The notes under the pieces: generated by a model
Database searches by the model: none
Seen by the model: the letters and a program-made list of their open reading frames with translations, nothing else
Told to the model about the DNA's origin: nothing
Position numbers and translations under genes: made by a program
From: an uncultured Alphaproteobacteria bacterium
GTDB taxonomy: Bacteria; Pseudomonadota; Alphaproteobacteria; Rhizobiales; Beijerinckiaceae
Direction of reading: 5' to 3'
NCBI GenBank assembly: GCA_963811555.1
Contig: CAWESG010000016.1
Coordinates: forward strand, 9,743 to 73,742
Length of the DNA: 64,000 nt
Shown here: positions 40,989 to 51,607 of the stretch, piece by piece
Numbering within the stretch: the first letter of the stretch is position 1
Layout: the number at the start of each line of letters is the position of its first letter

Positions 40989-41318
40989 ATGATCGTAAGA
41001 AACACCCCAATCGTCGCGCGCAAGTTTCTCCGGTTCGCCGCGCCTTTTGGACTATTGGCGGCGACGATCGCCTCTCCGCCCGCGGGAGCCGAGACTTCGG
41101 CGGCTCGCAACAGCAGATGCGTGAACCGTGGCGCGGATTACGTGGCGGTTGCGGGTTCGGAAAATTGCGTTCGTCTGGGCGGCCATGTGCGCGTCGAACT
41201 TCACGGGCCCGTCTCCGCCTATAGCGGCCCGACGCCGGACGGGGTGCAGTCCGCTTCCGATCGCACCCATGTTCGCACCGACCCGATTTCAAGCTTCATC
41301 CAGCTGTTTCCACGCTAG
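40989..41318 (+). CDS. small secreted protein resembling the porin N-terminal Cys module
   Basis: Signal-like region then CVNRGADYVAVAGSENCVRLGGHVRVE. Confidence 0.65.
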   Translation: MIVRNTPIVARKFLRFAAPFGLLAATIASPPAGAETSAARNSRCVNRGADYVAVAGSENCVRLGGHVRVELHGPVSAYSGPTPDGVQSASDRTHVRTDPISSFIQLFPR

Positions 41319-41334
41319 GCGACGGGTCTCGAAT

Positions 41335-42714
41335 TTAAATCACACATTCCGTGAAGGCCGGCTCGACGGAGCCGTTCCATGCTCCGTAATAGTTTTCAAG
41401 CCGGCGCTCGGCCAATGTTCGCCCCTCATCCGCGATCCTCTCCAAAGGCGCGAGATAAATGCTCTCATCCGCGCCTCCCGCATTGCGTCGCGCGCGGCGA
41501 GTTAGGCCGCCCCGCGCCAACGCCAATAGGTCGACGGCGATGTCGCGCAGGCTCCGGCCATGGATTTCGGCGTTCAGGGCGCGCGTGGGAACCTCGGCGC
41601 GTAGCGCCTCGCGATCCTTCACGCTCCAATCGCGAATGATCTCATAAGCGCCATCGAGCGCCGCGCGATCATAGAAAAGTCCCGCAAAGAGCGCCGGCAG
41701 CGCGGTCATATGAGTGCGCGGACCGCAATCGGCGCCGCGCATTTCGAGATAGCCCTTGAGCCGCACCTCGGGAAAAATCGTCGAGAGATGGTTGGCCCAG
41801 TCGGACATGGTCGCATGTTCGCCCGGCATTTGAGGCAAGCGCCCCGCCAGAAGATCGCGGAAGCTCGCGCCGGCGACGTCATGATAGACCTCGCCGCGCT
41901 TCACGAAATACATCGGCACGTCGAGCGCATAATCGACGTAGCGTTCGAAACCCATCCCCTGCTCGAAAACGAAGGGCAGCATTCCAGTGCGATCGGGGTC
42001 CGTGTCGCGCCAGATGAAGGAGCGTTGCGACAAATGACCCGTCGGCTTTCCGTCCAGAAAAGGCGAATTGGCGAACAAGGCCGTGACGATCGGCTGCAAG
42101 GCGAGCCCGACGCGCATTTTTTCGACCATGTCGGCTTCGCTGGTGAAATCCAGATTCACCTGAATCGTCGAGGTGCGAAACATCATGTCGAGGCCCCGCG
42201 CGCCGACTTTCGGCATATAGGCCGACATGATGCCGTAGCGTTGCTTCGGCATGACCGGCGTTTCGGCGCGCGACCATTTGGGACTGCACCCAAGATCGAG
42301 AAACGAAACGCCCATGGAGTCCGAAATGGGGAAAAGCGCGTCGAAATGTCGATCGAGTTCGGCCTTGGTCGCATGGATGTCGGGGAGCGGCGCGCCGGAC
42401 AGTTCGAATTGACCACCCGGCTCCAGGGAAACGGCGCCCCCTCCCGCCTCGTCATAGAGGCCGATCAGAAACTCTCTGTCGAGGATCGGCAGCCAGCCCA
42501 GTTTGTCGCGCAACCCTTCGAGCAAAGCGCGAATGCCGCCGCGCTCGCCGCCGTCATAAGGCACGGGCGAATGATCGGCGACAAAAAAGGGGATCTTCTC
42601 GTGCTCGGTCCCGACCTTTAGATCGCTTTGGGAGTCCTTGACCCCTGACTCAAGCCATTCAACGAGCGCATCGCGCGACGTAATTGGCGTCGTATCGGTA
42701 ACGTCGCGAGCCAT
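41335..42714 (-). CDS. gshA: glutamate--cysteine ligase (plant/alphaproteobacterial type)
   Basis: GTEHEK, SLEPGGQFELSGAP, MPKQRY, QVNLDF, FPEVRLK..LEMRGAD. Confidence 0.95.
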   Translation of the reverse strand: MARDVTDTTPITSRDALVEWLESGVKDSQSDLKVGTEHEKIPFFVADHSPVPYDGGERGGIRALLEGLRDKLGWLPILDREFLIGLYDEAGGGAVSLEPGGQFELSGAPLPDIHATKAELDRHFDALFPISDSMGVSFLDLGCSPKWSRAETPVMPKQRYGIMSAYMPKVGARGLDMMFRTSTIQVNLDFTSEADMVEKMRVGLALQPIVTALFANSPFLDGKPTGHLSQRSFIWRDTDPDRTGMLPFVFEQGMGFERYVDYALDVPMYFVKRGEVYHDVAGASFRDLLAGRLPQMPGEHATMSDWANHLSTIFPEVRLKGYLEMRGADCGPRTHMTALPALFAGLFYDRAALDGAYEIIRDWSVKDREALRAEVPTRALNAEIHGRSLRDIAVDLLALARGGLTRRARRNAGGADESIYLAPLERIADEGRTLAERRLENYYGAWNGSVEPAFTECVI

Positions 42715-43153
42715 AGAGCGCTTTCATTCCATTCCAATGCGCCGGCGCGGGCGCGTGACGATCCAATGCGCGGGCGGCGCAAGTTACAGCGGCTTTAATC
42801 AAACAAGGCAGGAAGCGGAAGGCTCCAATTTCGGTCGCAGGGCCGGCCAACATTGCCGGAAACCGCCAGTCGGTATGAGACGGGGAGCCCTACATGACGA
42901 GAGGTCGGGCGACCTCCCGTCGCTGACTTGCAGGAAAAGCGCCAACTGCGCAAGAGAGCCCTCGGCGCTTCGTCAAAATTGGGTCTGCCTTTGGTCGTTG
43001 TTAGTCAAAAAGCGTTAGCCAAACAACGCTTTCTTCCTCGCGCTTTTTCGGGCGAACCGCTCGGAGCGCTCCCGACGACCCCCAGTTTTGAAGATCGGTT
43101 TAAGGCTTTCGATAGGGAGCCCGCGTAAATCTCGCATGAGATCGGGAGCGCAC

Positions 43154-43318
43154 ATGTACATTCATTTGATCCGAATGCTGCAAAATGACAGCGGGGCGAC
43201 CGCGATCGAATATGGTCTCATTGGCGGCTTTCTATCGCTTATGATTGTCGCCGGCGCCCGCGCCATCGGCGTCAAGCTCGAGACCTATTTCCCGCCGATT
43301 ATTGCGGCCTTCCAGTAG
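43154..43318 (+). CDS. Flp family type IVc (Tad) pilin
   Basis: Prepilin motif NDSG|ATAIEYGLI followed by a hydrophobic helix; RBS GGGAG. Confidence 0.9.
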   Translation: MYIHLIRMLQNDSGATAIEYGLIGGFLSLMIVAGARAIGVKLETYFPPIIAAFQ

Positions 43319-43598
43319 TGGTTTTCCGCTAAGGCTGAGAGATAGGCTTTTATTCAGCGGATTGCGTCACGCACTGATCAGAGCGCCCTTCCGACTCAAG
43401 CAAGGGCGTAAGTGCGAGCGGCTCTGGAAGTGGACGAAGCCGCCCGGCTTGACACCGCCCTGTCGGCGCGACATCAAGTCACATACGCGCCTCGCGCTTT
43501 CGGTCGACCTGGCTCTCTCTCGCCATCGGCCAGAGCGCAGCCTTTTCGCCCGGCCGCAAAATGCGGCTTTCGCCGATTTCACGATTGAGACGCGACTG

Positions 43599-44567
43599 AT
43601 GAACGTTCAACCCCGCCCCGCCAAACCGCCTTTGAAGATTCTGCTTTGCTCGCCGCGGGGCTTTTGCGCTGGAGTCGTGCGCGCCATCGACGCCGTAGAG
43701 CGGGCTTTGGCGAAATTTGGCCCTCCCGTCTATGTGCGCCACGAGATCGTGCACAATCGTTATGTCGTCGAGGCGCTGAAGGCGAAGGGCGCAGTTTTCG
43801 TCGAGGAGCTCGAGGAAGTTCCGGACACGTCGTCTCCGGTCATCTTCTCGGCGCATGGAGTGGCGAAATCGGTCTCCGCGTTGGCGGTCGAGCGCAATCT
43901 TCTGGCGATCGACGCCACCTGTCCGCTCGTCACCAAAGTGCATCGCGAAGCCGAGATTCATTGGCGACGCGGGCGGCGCGTCCTGCTTGTCGGGCATTCG
44001 GGTCATCCGGAGGTCGTCGGCACCATGGGACAATTACCGCCCGGCGCCGTCGTTCTGATCGAATCCGTCGATGCGGTCGAGAATCTGACGCTCGAGGATG
44101 AGTCCAATCTCGCTTATGTGACGCAGACGACCCTTTCGCTCGACGACTCGCAAGAGATCATCGAAGCCTTGACGAGGCGTTTTCCGCATATCGTCGGCCC
44201 GCATAAGGAAGACATCTGCTATGCGACGACCAATCGTCAGGCGGCCGTCAAACAGGTCGCCCCGAATGTCGACGCCGTGATCGTGGTCGGCTCCCCCAAC
44301 TCGTCAAACTCGCAGCGCCTGCGCGAAGTGGCGGAGCGAGCCGGCGCGCCGGCGCAGCTTGTTCAGGGTCGCGGCGAAATCGATTGGGCTCTGTTCGGCA
44401 ATATCTCGTCGCTTGGCATTACCGCCGGCGCCTCCGCGCCGGAAGTGCTTGTCGAAGAGATCATGGACGCTTTTGCCGAGCGTTACGACATCACGGTCGA
44501 GACCGTGTCCGCCGCGGACGAGCACGTGTCCTTCCCCTTGCCCAAGGAATTGCGCGCTTTGGCGTGA
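43599..44567 (+). CDS. ispH: 4-hydroxy-3-methylbut-2-enyl diphosphate reductase
   Basis: [49 protein letters not shown]. Confidence 0.97.
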   Translation: MNVQPRPAKPPLKILLCSPRGFCAGVVRAIDAVERALAKFGPPVYVRHEIVHNRYVVEALKAKGAVFVEELEEVPDTSSPVIFSAHGVAKSVSALAVERNLLAIDATCPLVTKVHREAEIHWRRGRRVLLVGHSGHPEVVGTMGQLPPGAVVLIESVDAVENLTLEDESNLAYVTQTTLSLDDSQEIIEALTRRFPHIVGPHKEDICYATTNRQAAVKQVAPNVDAVIVVGSPNSSNSQRLREVAERAGAPAQLVQGRGEIDWALFGNISSLGITAGASAPEVLVEEIMDAFAERYDITVETVSAADEHVSFPLPKELRALA

Positions 44568-44616
44568 GCGCCAGGGCGCCTGCGCTGGCCGTCTTCCTTA
44601 AACCATTGCGAACGCC

Positions 44617-45582
44617 ATGGCCGTCTATACGCAGGTCGACGATGAAGAGCTGATCGCCTTCCTTTCGACCTATGACTTGGGCGAGCTGCTGTCCTGCAAG
44701 GGCATTGCGGAAGGCGTCGAGAACTCGAACTACTATCTGCATACCGGCGCTGGCAGTTACATTCTCACGCTTTACGAAAAGCGCGTCGCCGAAGCCGACC
44801 TGCCGTTTTTTCTTTCCTTGATGGAGCATCTTTTCGCGCGCGGCGTCACCTGCCCTCAGCCCGTGAAGAACCGCGCCGGCGAAGCTCTCGGTCGTCTCGC
44901 CGGTCGGCCGGCCGTGATCGTCACCTTTCTCGACGGCTACGCCATCCATCGCCCGGAAGTCTCCCATTGCGCGGCGCTCGGCGCGGCGCTTGCGAAACTG
45001 CATATCGCCGGCGCGGGATTTCCAGCGCGGCGGGTCAATTCGCTGTCCGTCCTCGGTTGGCGGAACCTCTTTGCGCCCGCCTCCGCGCGAGCCGATGAAG
45101 TTGCGCCCAATCTGCGCCAGACCATCGCCGACGAACTCGATTATCTCGAAGCAAGATGGCCGAATGATTTGCCGAGCGGCGTCATTCACGCCGATCTCTT
45201 CCCCGACAATGTATTTTTTCTCGGCGATCGAATCTCGGGGCTCATCGACTTCTACTTCGCCTGCACCGACGCCTTCGCCTATGATCTCGCGATCTGCCTC
45301 AATGCTTGGTGCTTCGACGCGAACGGCGCTTATGATCCCGCCAAGGGCCGCGCGCTGCTTGAAAATTATCGGAATTTACGTCCGCTCGAGCGCTCCGAAA
45401 TCGAAGCCTTCCCGCTCCTCGCGCGCGGAGCGGCGCTAAGGTTTTTACTGACCCGCTTCGTCGATTGGCTCAATGTGCCCGCGGGCGCGCTCGTGCGGCC
45501 GAAAGATCCGCGCGAATATTTGAGCAAACTCCTGTTTCACCAGCACATCGGCGCCGCACAGGACTACGGACTGTCACCGTGA
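44617..45582 (+). CDS. thrB: homoserine kinase type II
   Basis: [43 protein letters not shown]. Confidence 0.96.
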   Translation: MAVYTQVDDEELIAFLSTYDLGELLSCKGIAEGVENSNYYLHTGAGSYILTLYEKRVAEADLPFFLSLMEHLFARGVTCPQPVKNRAGEALGRLAGRPAVIVTFLDGYAIHRPEVSHCAALGAALAKLHIAGAGFPARRVNSLSVLGWRNLFAPASARADEVAPNLRQTIADELDYLEARWPNDLPSGVIHADLFPDNVFFLGDRISGLIDFYFACTDAFAYDLAICLNAWCFDANGAYDPAKGRALLENYRNLRPLERSEIEAFPLLARGAALRFLLTRFVDWLNVPAGALVRPKDPREYLSKLLFHQHIGAAQDYGLSP

Positions 45583-46022
45583 CCGGACGCGTCTCCATCT
45601 GGACGGACGGCGCCTGTTCGGGCAACCCCGGTCCTGGCGGTTGGGGCGCGGTGCTGCGCTTTGGCGAGCGCGAAAAGGAGTTGTCCGGCGGCGAGCCTGC
45701 AACCACCAACAATCGCATGGAGCTGATGGCGGCGATTTCCGCGCTGGAGGCGTTGACGCGCCCTTGCTCGGTCGACCTCTACACTGACTCCCAATATGTC
45801 CGCGGCGGCGTCACATCCTGGATTTCGATGTGGAAGATGCGCGGGTGGAAAACGGCGGACCGCAAACCGGTGAAGAATGTCGAATTGTGGCGGCGACTTG
45901 AAGAGGCCGCCGCGCGGCACGACGTCGTCTGGCATTGGGTGCGCGGCCATGCGGGAAATGAGATGAACGAGCGCGCCGATGAGCTGGCCCGCGCCGGCAT
46001 GGCGCCTTTCCTGAAGAAATGA
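45579..46022 (+). CDS. rnhA: ribonuclease HI
   Basis: [44 protein letters not shown]; GTGA overlap with thrB. Confidence 0.97.
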   Translation: MTGRVSIWTDGACSGNPGPGGWGAVLRFGEREKELSGGEPATTNNRMELMAAISALEALTRPCSVDLYTDSQYVRGGVTSWISMWKMRGWKTADRKPVKNVELWRRLEEAAARHDVVWHWVRGHAGNEMNERADELARAGMAPFLKK

Positions 46023-46310
46023 TTCGAAGCCAAATCGACGCCGCGCCTTGAAAGATCGCCGGCGGCGACTAGTTCAAGCGTAACCAGACTCTTCTTCGCA
46101 ACTCAGGGGCGCGCCATGGACGCGCCCCTTTCTCGTTTCCGAGCCAAATTTCCGACGCAATGCAACATGCGAACTCTCTCGCGCGCTCTTGTGCACATGA
46201 TAGGGGGCGTCCGTGCGGCCATCATCTTGACATGACCCAGCGTCATGTCGATTGCTGCCACGCGGCGTTGGTTTCAAGTGATTCTCCTCGCATGGGAGTC
46301 TAAAAGAGCG

Positions 46311-48060
46311 ATGCTCCAGCCAAGAAAATGGTGGATTGGTCTGCCGATCGTCGCGGGGCTTGCCTATGTCGCGGCGGAGCGGGAAACTCCCGGCATTGAA
46401 AATGACATTGCTCGGCGCCTCAGCGCAAAGCTCGCGCAATCTGAAGACGCCATAGACAATCCTCAGATCAAGGTCGATGGTCGCGACGTCGCGCTGTCGG
46501 GCGTGGCGATCGACGAAAATCTGAAACGCGAAACGCTCGCGGATTTAAGGCGCCTGGAGGGCGTTCGGTCCATTGCCGACGCAACGGCGACGCTTTCGTC
46601 AGCCAAACCCTACACCCTCTCCTTCGAGCGCATTGGCGGCAAGATCGTTTTGAGCGGGCATCTGCCGGCAAAAAGCGCTCGGGAAAAAATCCGGACGGCC
46701 GTTTCCGCGCTCGGCGCGGAACTCTCCGACGCCTCGTCGCTCGCGGCCGGCGCTCCAGGCAATTTTTCGGCCTTGACGGACTTTGCGCTCGCGCAACTCG
46801 CAAGGCTTGATCCCGGCAAGGCGTCGCTTGTCGACGCGAGCCTCACGCTCTCGGGCGACGCAAAAACTGCGGCCGACTACGACGGTCTGTTTACGACGGC
46901 GAAATCGGCGCCCTCAGGAATTGTCATAGCGGCGCTCGACATATCGCCGCCGCGCGTCTCGCCTTATGTTTGGAGCGCCAGAATCATTGGCGAAATGATG
47001 GCTCTGACAGGCTCGATCCCCTCCAACGATCTACGAAAAAAATTCCTCGCAAAGGCCTCGACGATTGGGGCAGGCGCTGCGGTCAGCGACGCGACGCAAA
47101 TCGGCTCGGGCGCGCCAGCGGGCGATTTCGAAAGCGCCGTTTCATTCGCGCTCACGGAGCTTGGGCAAGCTTGCTCATGGCAAAGCCGAGTTGATCGACT
47201 CGAAGCTCTCGATCGAGGGGCAAGGCCGGGAGAATATCGCTCGCGCGACAATAGAGTCAGACGCCAAGGCCAATCTCCCGCAGGGTTTCGAACTCGCGAA
47301 AGTCGACATCGAAGCAGGGCCGATCTCCCCTTATATTTTGTCGGCGCGAAGGTCCGGCTCCGCTTTGACGCTTTCGGGCTATGCGGCGGACGAGACGCAG
47401 AAAGAAAAAATTCTCAGCGCGGCGAAACGGCAATTCTTTGACGCGAATATCGTCGATCATATTGCGATCGCCAAAGGCGCTCCCGCGAATTTCGCTGACG
47501 CCGCGGTCGCGTCCTTGCGCGCCTTGGCGCGACTCGAGAACGGCAAGTTCGATCTCACCGGCGCGGTGGTCAATCTCGACGGTCAAGCGCATTATCCGAA
47601 GGCTCCCTCGGATATTGAATCGAAGCTCGCTGCAGGCCTTCCGCAAAACTTCAAGAATGAGGCGCATCTCGTCGCGCGCACGCCTGGCTCCACGCTGCCC
47701 TCCGCGCAATGTCAGACTATGTTTTCCGAGCTTTTGTCGAAAGCCGCCATTTCCTTCAACGCCGACGACTCCGTCGCGGATGATTCCGCGCCGTTGCTTG
47801 ACGCGATCGCCGCTGTCGCTTTGCGATGTCAGGATTCGACGATCGAGGTTGGCGGGCACAGCGACTCTCTTGGCATCGCCGAAGTCAATCGGGATATGAC
47901 CAAGCGGCGCGCCCAGGCTGTCGTCGATCATGTCGCAAAAGCCGGCGCCGATCCTTTCAAAATCCATGCTGTCGGCTATGGAGGCGAGAAGCCGATCGCC
48001 GCAAGCGACAGCGACGAAAATCGCGCGCGCAACCGCCGCATCGAGTTCCTTGTCAAATAG
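46311..48060 (+). CDS. membrane-anchored multi-BON plus C-terminal OmpA-like peptidoglycan-binding protein (ArfA/Rv0899-like), apparent +1 frameshift near 47163
   Basis: N-terminal anchor WWIGLPIVAGLAYVA, VDGRDVALSG BON motif, three repeated PY..S….LSG modules, C-terminal GHSDS…N.D….RRAQAV…GYG…P…N..RARNRRIEF. Confidence 0.85.
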
Positions 48061-48078
48061 CAAGGACGGAGAAAGCCG

Positions 48079-48813
48079 ATGTTTTATGTGCTCGCAAACA
48101 ACATTGTCTGGATCGCCGCCGCGCTGGCGGTGGGGCTTGCCGTCGGTTGGCTGACGACAACGCGCGCAAGCAACGACCCGTTTTCTGGCGGCTGGGTGAT
48201 CGTTGCGGCGATTCTGCTCATTGGCGGAGGTTTCGTCGCGTCTTCGGGCGCCGCAATTCCAGGGCGCGCAGGTCTGACCTTCGATACAGGCCTGTTGCTC
48301 GCAACCGCTTACGTCGTCGGATTGCCGCTCGGCGGCGGCGCAAAGCTGCTGGCGCCCGCCCCCGCGCCAGAGCCGCCTTCGAAGCGGCCTAAGATCGTCG
48401 TCGTTCGCGGCGACGCGCCGGAGACGCGGCCCGAAACCAATGCGCCGACTGCGCCAGTTACAGCGAAAGCTCAAGTTTCGAGCGCGACGCGGCGCGGCAA
48501 TGGCGCGCATAAGCCCACGGCGGGGGCGAAGCCTCAAGGACTTGACGCTCCGCGCGGCGGCGCGCCTGATGATCTTTCGAAAATCAAGGGCCTCGGCCCG
48601 AAGAGCCGCGAAAAGCTGAACGCGTTCGGCGTTTTCCATTACGATCAGATCGCGGCCTGGACTCCCGAGGAGGCGCGATGGATCGGCGCCACGCTTGGCG
48701 TTCCGGGACGAGTGGAGCGCAGCGGCTGGATCGCGCAAGCGAAAAATCTCGCGGGGCCAAGTGCGCCGACAAGCATTGCGTCGACGAGTGTTGCGTCGAC
48801 GAGCGTTGAGTAG
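48079..48813 (+). CDS. membrane protein with C-terminal helix-hairpin-helix (NuoE-tail/ArfC-like) domain
   Basis: Three TM segments, Pro/Ala linker, DDLSKIKGLGPK..EKLN.FGVFHYDQIAAW…GRVERSGWIAQAK. Confidence 0.8.
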   Translation: MFYVLANNIVWIAAALAVGLAVGWLTTTRASNDPFSGGWVIVAAILLIGGGFVASSGAAIPGRAGLTFDTGLLLATAYVVGLPLGGGAKLLAPAPAPEPPSKRPKIVVVRGDAPETRPETNAPTAPVTAKAQVSSATRRGNGAHKPTAGAKPQGLDAPRGGAPDDLSKIKGLGPKSREKLNAFGVFHYDQIAAWTPEEARWIGATLGVPGRVERSGWIAQAKNLAGPSAPTSIASTSVASTSVE

Positions 48814-48821
48814 CGGAGATA

Positions 48822-49634
48822 TTGGTGCGCAAAGCGTTAGGGGCGGCGTCAAAGTCCAGATGGGTTTTCAGCATCACATTGTGTTGCGCGCTCGGGGCCA
48901 CGCCGCTGTCCGCGCAAGATATGCTGCAAGGGGTGGACCTTTCGCAGCCGGCGTTTTCACAAGCCGAGATGACGCGCGCCGATATTGAACTGGCGCTTCG
49001 CTCGCGAAAGCAAGGCGAAAAACTCGATCTTTCCGGCAAGAGTCTCAACGGTCTCGATCTCTCCGGAATGGATCTTTCTGGCGTCAATTTCCGCGCGGCG
49101 CGTCTCGTCAAGGCGCGTCTCTCCGGCGCCAAGCTCGACGGCGCCACGCTTGATCAGGCTTGGTTGCTCGAGGCGGATCTCACCGGCGCTTCGCTTGTCG
49201 GCGCAAAATTGTTTGCAGCGCAGATGCAGCGTTCTCATGCTTCCGGCGCCAATTTTTCGCATGCGCGCGTCGCAGGGGATTTGTCCGGCGCCGATCTTCG
49301 CGGCGCGACGTTCAACGGCGCGGATCTTTCGGCCGACATGAAAAACCAATCGATGGGACTGATGCGCGCCGTGCTGCGCGCCGCTAAGCTCGAAGGCGCG
49401 CATTTCGACAACGCCAATCTGACGCGCGCCGATCTTCGCTTCGCGCGGGCGGCCGGCGCAGATTTCAGCAGAGCGACTCTTACAGGGGCGGAGGCCGCGG
49501 GCGCCGACTTCACCGGCGCGAAGTGGGACGCCGCGAATGTTGAGGGTCTCGATCTGGATTCGGCGCGGATTGACGCCGCCTCGACGCAGCTGCTCAAAGA
49601 CGCGACCAATTTGGATCGCGCATTCGCCAAATGA
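48822..49634 (+). CDS. secreted pentapeptide-repeat protein
   Basis: Signal peptide then A(D/N)LxG pentapeptide repeats interrupted by ADMKNQSMGLMR. Confidence 0.9.
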   Translation: MVRKALGAASKSRWVFSITLCCALGATPLSAQDMLQGVDLSQPAFSQAEMTRADIELALRSRKQGEKLDLSGKSLNGLDLSGMDLSGVNFRAARLVKARLSGAKLDGATLDQAWLLEADLTGASLVGAKLFAAQMQRSHASGANFSHARVAGDLSGADLRGATFNGADLSADMKNQSMGLMRAVLRAAKLEGAHFDNANLTRADLRFARAAGADFSRATLTGAEAAGADFTGAKWDAANVEGLDLDSARIDAASTQLLKDATNLDRAFAK

Positions 49635-50548
49635 CGCATGAGTCGCTTCGCATCGGAATCGATCTTGGCGGCACCAAAATCGAGGCGGTCGCGCTCGACG
49701 CCACTGGCGAAATCGTCGCGCGCCGTCGCACGCCGACGCCCGCCCACGATTATGACTCCATCCTTCGCGCCATTGCCGTATTGGTGCATGAGATCGAACT
49801 CGAACAGGGACGGCGCGCCAGTGTTGGCGTCGCCACGCCCGGCGCGATTTCGCCACGCAGCGGATTGATCAAAAATTCAAACACGACTGGACTGAACGGC
49901 CGGCCTCTCGATCGCGATCTTGCGGCGCTTCTGGAGCGCCCCGTGCGCATTGAGAACGACGCGAATTGCTTCGCTCTGTCGGAGGCCGCGGACGGAGCGG
50001 CGGCCGATTCGCCGGTCGTGTTCGGCGTCATCCTTGGCACGGGCGTCGGCGGCGGTCTTGTCGTCGATCGGCGTGCGATCGCTGGACCGAATAAAATTGC
50101 GGGCGAATGGGGACATAATCCGCTGCCATGGATGCGCGGCGAAGAATATCCTGGCAGGCGCTGCTATTGCGGCCACGATGGCTGCGTCGAGACGTTTCTC
50201 TCGGGGCCGGCGCTCGCATATGATTTTTTCACGCGCTCTGGAAAAAAACTTCAGGCGTTCGAGATCGCGACGCTCGCCACAGAGGGTGACGCGCTGGCGC
50301 TCGAATGTCTGGATATTTATTCCGACCGCCTTGCTCGCGCGCTTGCGTCCGTCGTCAATCTGCTCGACCCGGATGCGATCGTCCTCGGAGGCGGCGTGTC
50401 GAATGTGACGCACATCTACGAAGGCTTGCGTCAACGTGTCGAACATTACGCCGTCACGGATGCGCTCGATACGAAGATCGTGCAAAATCTTCACGGCGAC
50501 TCAAGCGGCGTGCGCGGCGCAGCATGGTTGTGGGGCGCGGCCCAATGA
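49631..50548 (+). CDS. ROK family sugar kinase (Mak/fructokinase-like)
   Basis: GIDLGGTK, ENDANCFALSEA, GTGVGGG, GEWGH, CYCGHDGCVE, GGGVSN, GDSSGVRGAAWL; ATGA overlap with the upstream gene. Confidence 0.93.
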   Translation: MTHESLRIGIDLGGTKIEAVALDATGEIVARRRTPTPAHDYDSILRAIAVLVHEIELEQGRRASVGVATPGAISPRSGLIKNSNTTGLNGRPLDRDLAALLERPVRIENDANCFALSEAADGAAADSPVVFGVILGTGVGGGLVVDRRAIAGPNKIAGEWGHNPLPWMRGEEYPGRRCYCGHDGCVETFLSGPALAYDFFTRSGKKLQAFEIATLATEGDALALECLDIYSDRLARALASVVNLLDPDAIVLGGGVSNVTHIYEGLRQRVEHYAVTDALDTKIVQNLHGDSSGVRGAAWLWGAAQ

Positions 50549-50604
50549 TCGCGACGCCATAAATTTGGAATCCACCGGCTGACGCCGATGGACTCCGAAA
50601 GGGA

Positions 50605-50696
50605 CGTCTCGAAGCACGAGGGCGAGAGCCAAATACATGACCTCCGGTTCCCTCGTCCTTCGAGACGCCCGCTATGCGGGCTCCTCAGAATGACGG
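50605..50696. repeat. intergenic palindromic (REP/MITE-like) element
   Basis: 17/18 inverted repeat CGTCTCGAAGCACGAGGG…CCCTCGTCCTTCGAGACG plus CCCGC-tat-GCGGG-CTCCTCAGAATGACG, a pattern I recognise from rhizobial intergenic repeats. Confidence 0.65.
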
Positions 50697-50807
50697 AATC
50701 TTGTGCGCCCCATAGCGGAGCCCCTTTCCCTTCCTAGCCGACAAGGTGTATTGCAACGCTGGCGTTTGGCCTTCGAACTGGGATCGGCGGCCTCACTGGA
50801 ATAAACC

Positions 50808-51599
50808 ATGTCCGCGTCGAACGACCCGTCCTGCGACTACAAAAAGCTCTCCTTCCTCTCTTCGGAAACGCCCGAGGCGGAAGACGCGCGCAGGAGACTC
50901 ATCGAAAAATATGGCGACGTCGATCCGGAGGAAGCGGATTGCATCGTCGCGCTCGGCGGCGACGGTCTGATGCTGCGCACGCTGCACCGTTTTATGGATG
51001 CGGGCAAACCGATCTATGGCATGAATCGCGGCTCGGTCGGCTTCCTCATGAACGAATATCGCGAGAGCGGTCTGCGCCAGCGCATCAAGGCCGCGAAGCC
51101 GTCCATCATCCATCCGTTGCTGATGCGCGCCGCCAATACGCGCGGCGACGAATTCACCGCACACGCCATCAATGAAGTTTCGCTGTTGCGGCAAACGTCA
51201 CAGATCGCAAAATTGCGCATCTCGGTGAACGGTCAGGAGCGCATGGCTGAACTTGTCACCGACGGCATTTTGGTTTCGACGCCCGCGGGCTCCACCGCCT
51301 ATAATCTCTCGGCGCATGGGCCCATTCTTCCGCTCGATGCGCCATTGATGGCGCTGACGCCGATCTCCGCTTTCCGCCCCCGCCGCTGGCATGGCGCGTT
51401 GCTGCCGGACGGCGCCAAGGTGCGGCTCGACGTGCTGGAGGCGCAGAAGCGTCCCGTCTCAGTCGTCGCCGATCACGACGAGTTCCGCGACGTGACGCAA
51501 GTGGACGTCGAGATGGATCACGCGACCAATCTCGTCCTGCTTCACGATCCAGGGCATTCGCTGGAAGAACGCATTTTGCGCGAGCAGTTTGGCTATTGA
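50808..51599 (+). CDS. NAD kinase
   Basis: [41 protein letters not shown]. Confidence 0.95.
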   Translation: MSASNDPSCDYKKLSFLSSETPEAEDARRRLIEKYGDVDPEEADCIVALGGDGLMLRTLHRFMDAGKPIYGMNRGSVGFLMNEYRESGLRQRIKAAKPSIIHPLLMRAANTRGDEFTAHAINEVSLLRQTSQIAKLRISVNGQERMAELVTDGILVSTPAGSTAYNLSAHGPILPLDAPLMALTPISAFRPRRWHGALLPDGAKVRLDVLEAQKRPVSVVADHDEFRDVTQVDVEMDHATNLVLLHDPGHSLEERILREQFGY

Positions 51600-51607
51600 G
51601 CGCAGCG

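Noticed and set aside
48822-49634. Qnr-type quinolone resistance protein
   Set aside because: Has a signal peptide and a different loop; Qnr proteins are cytoplasmic
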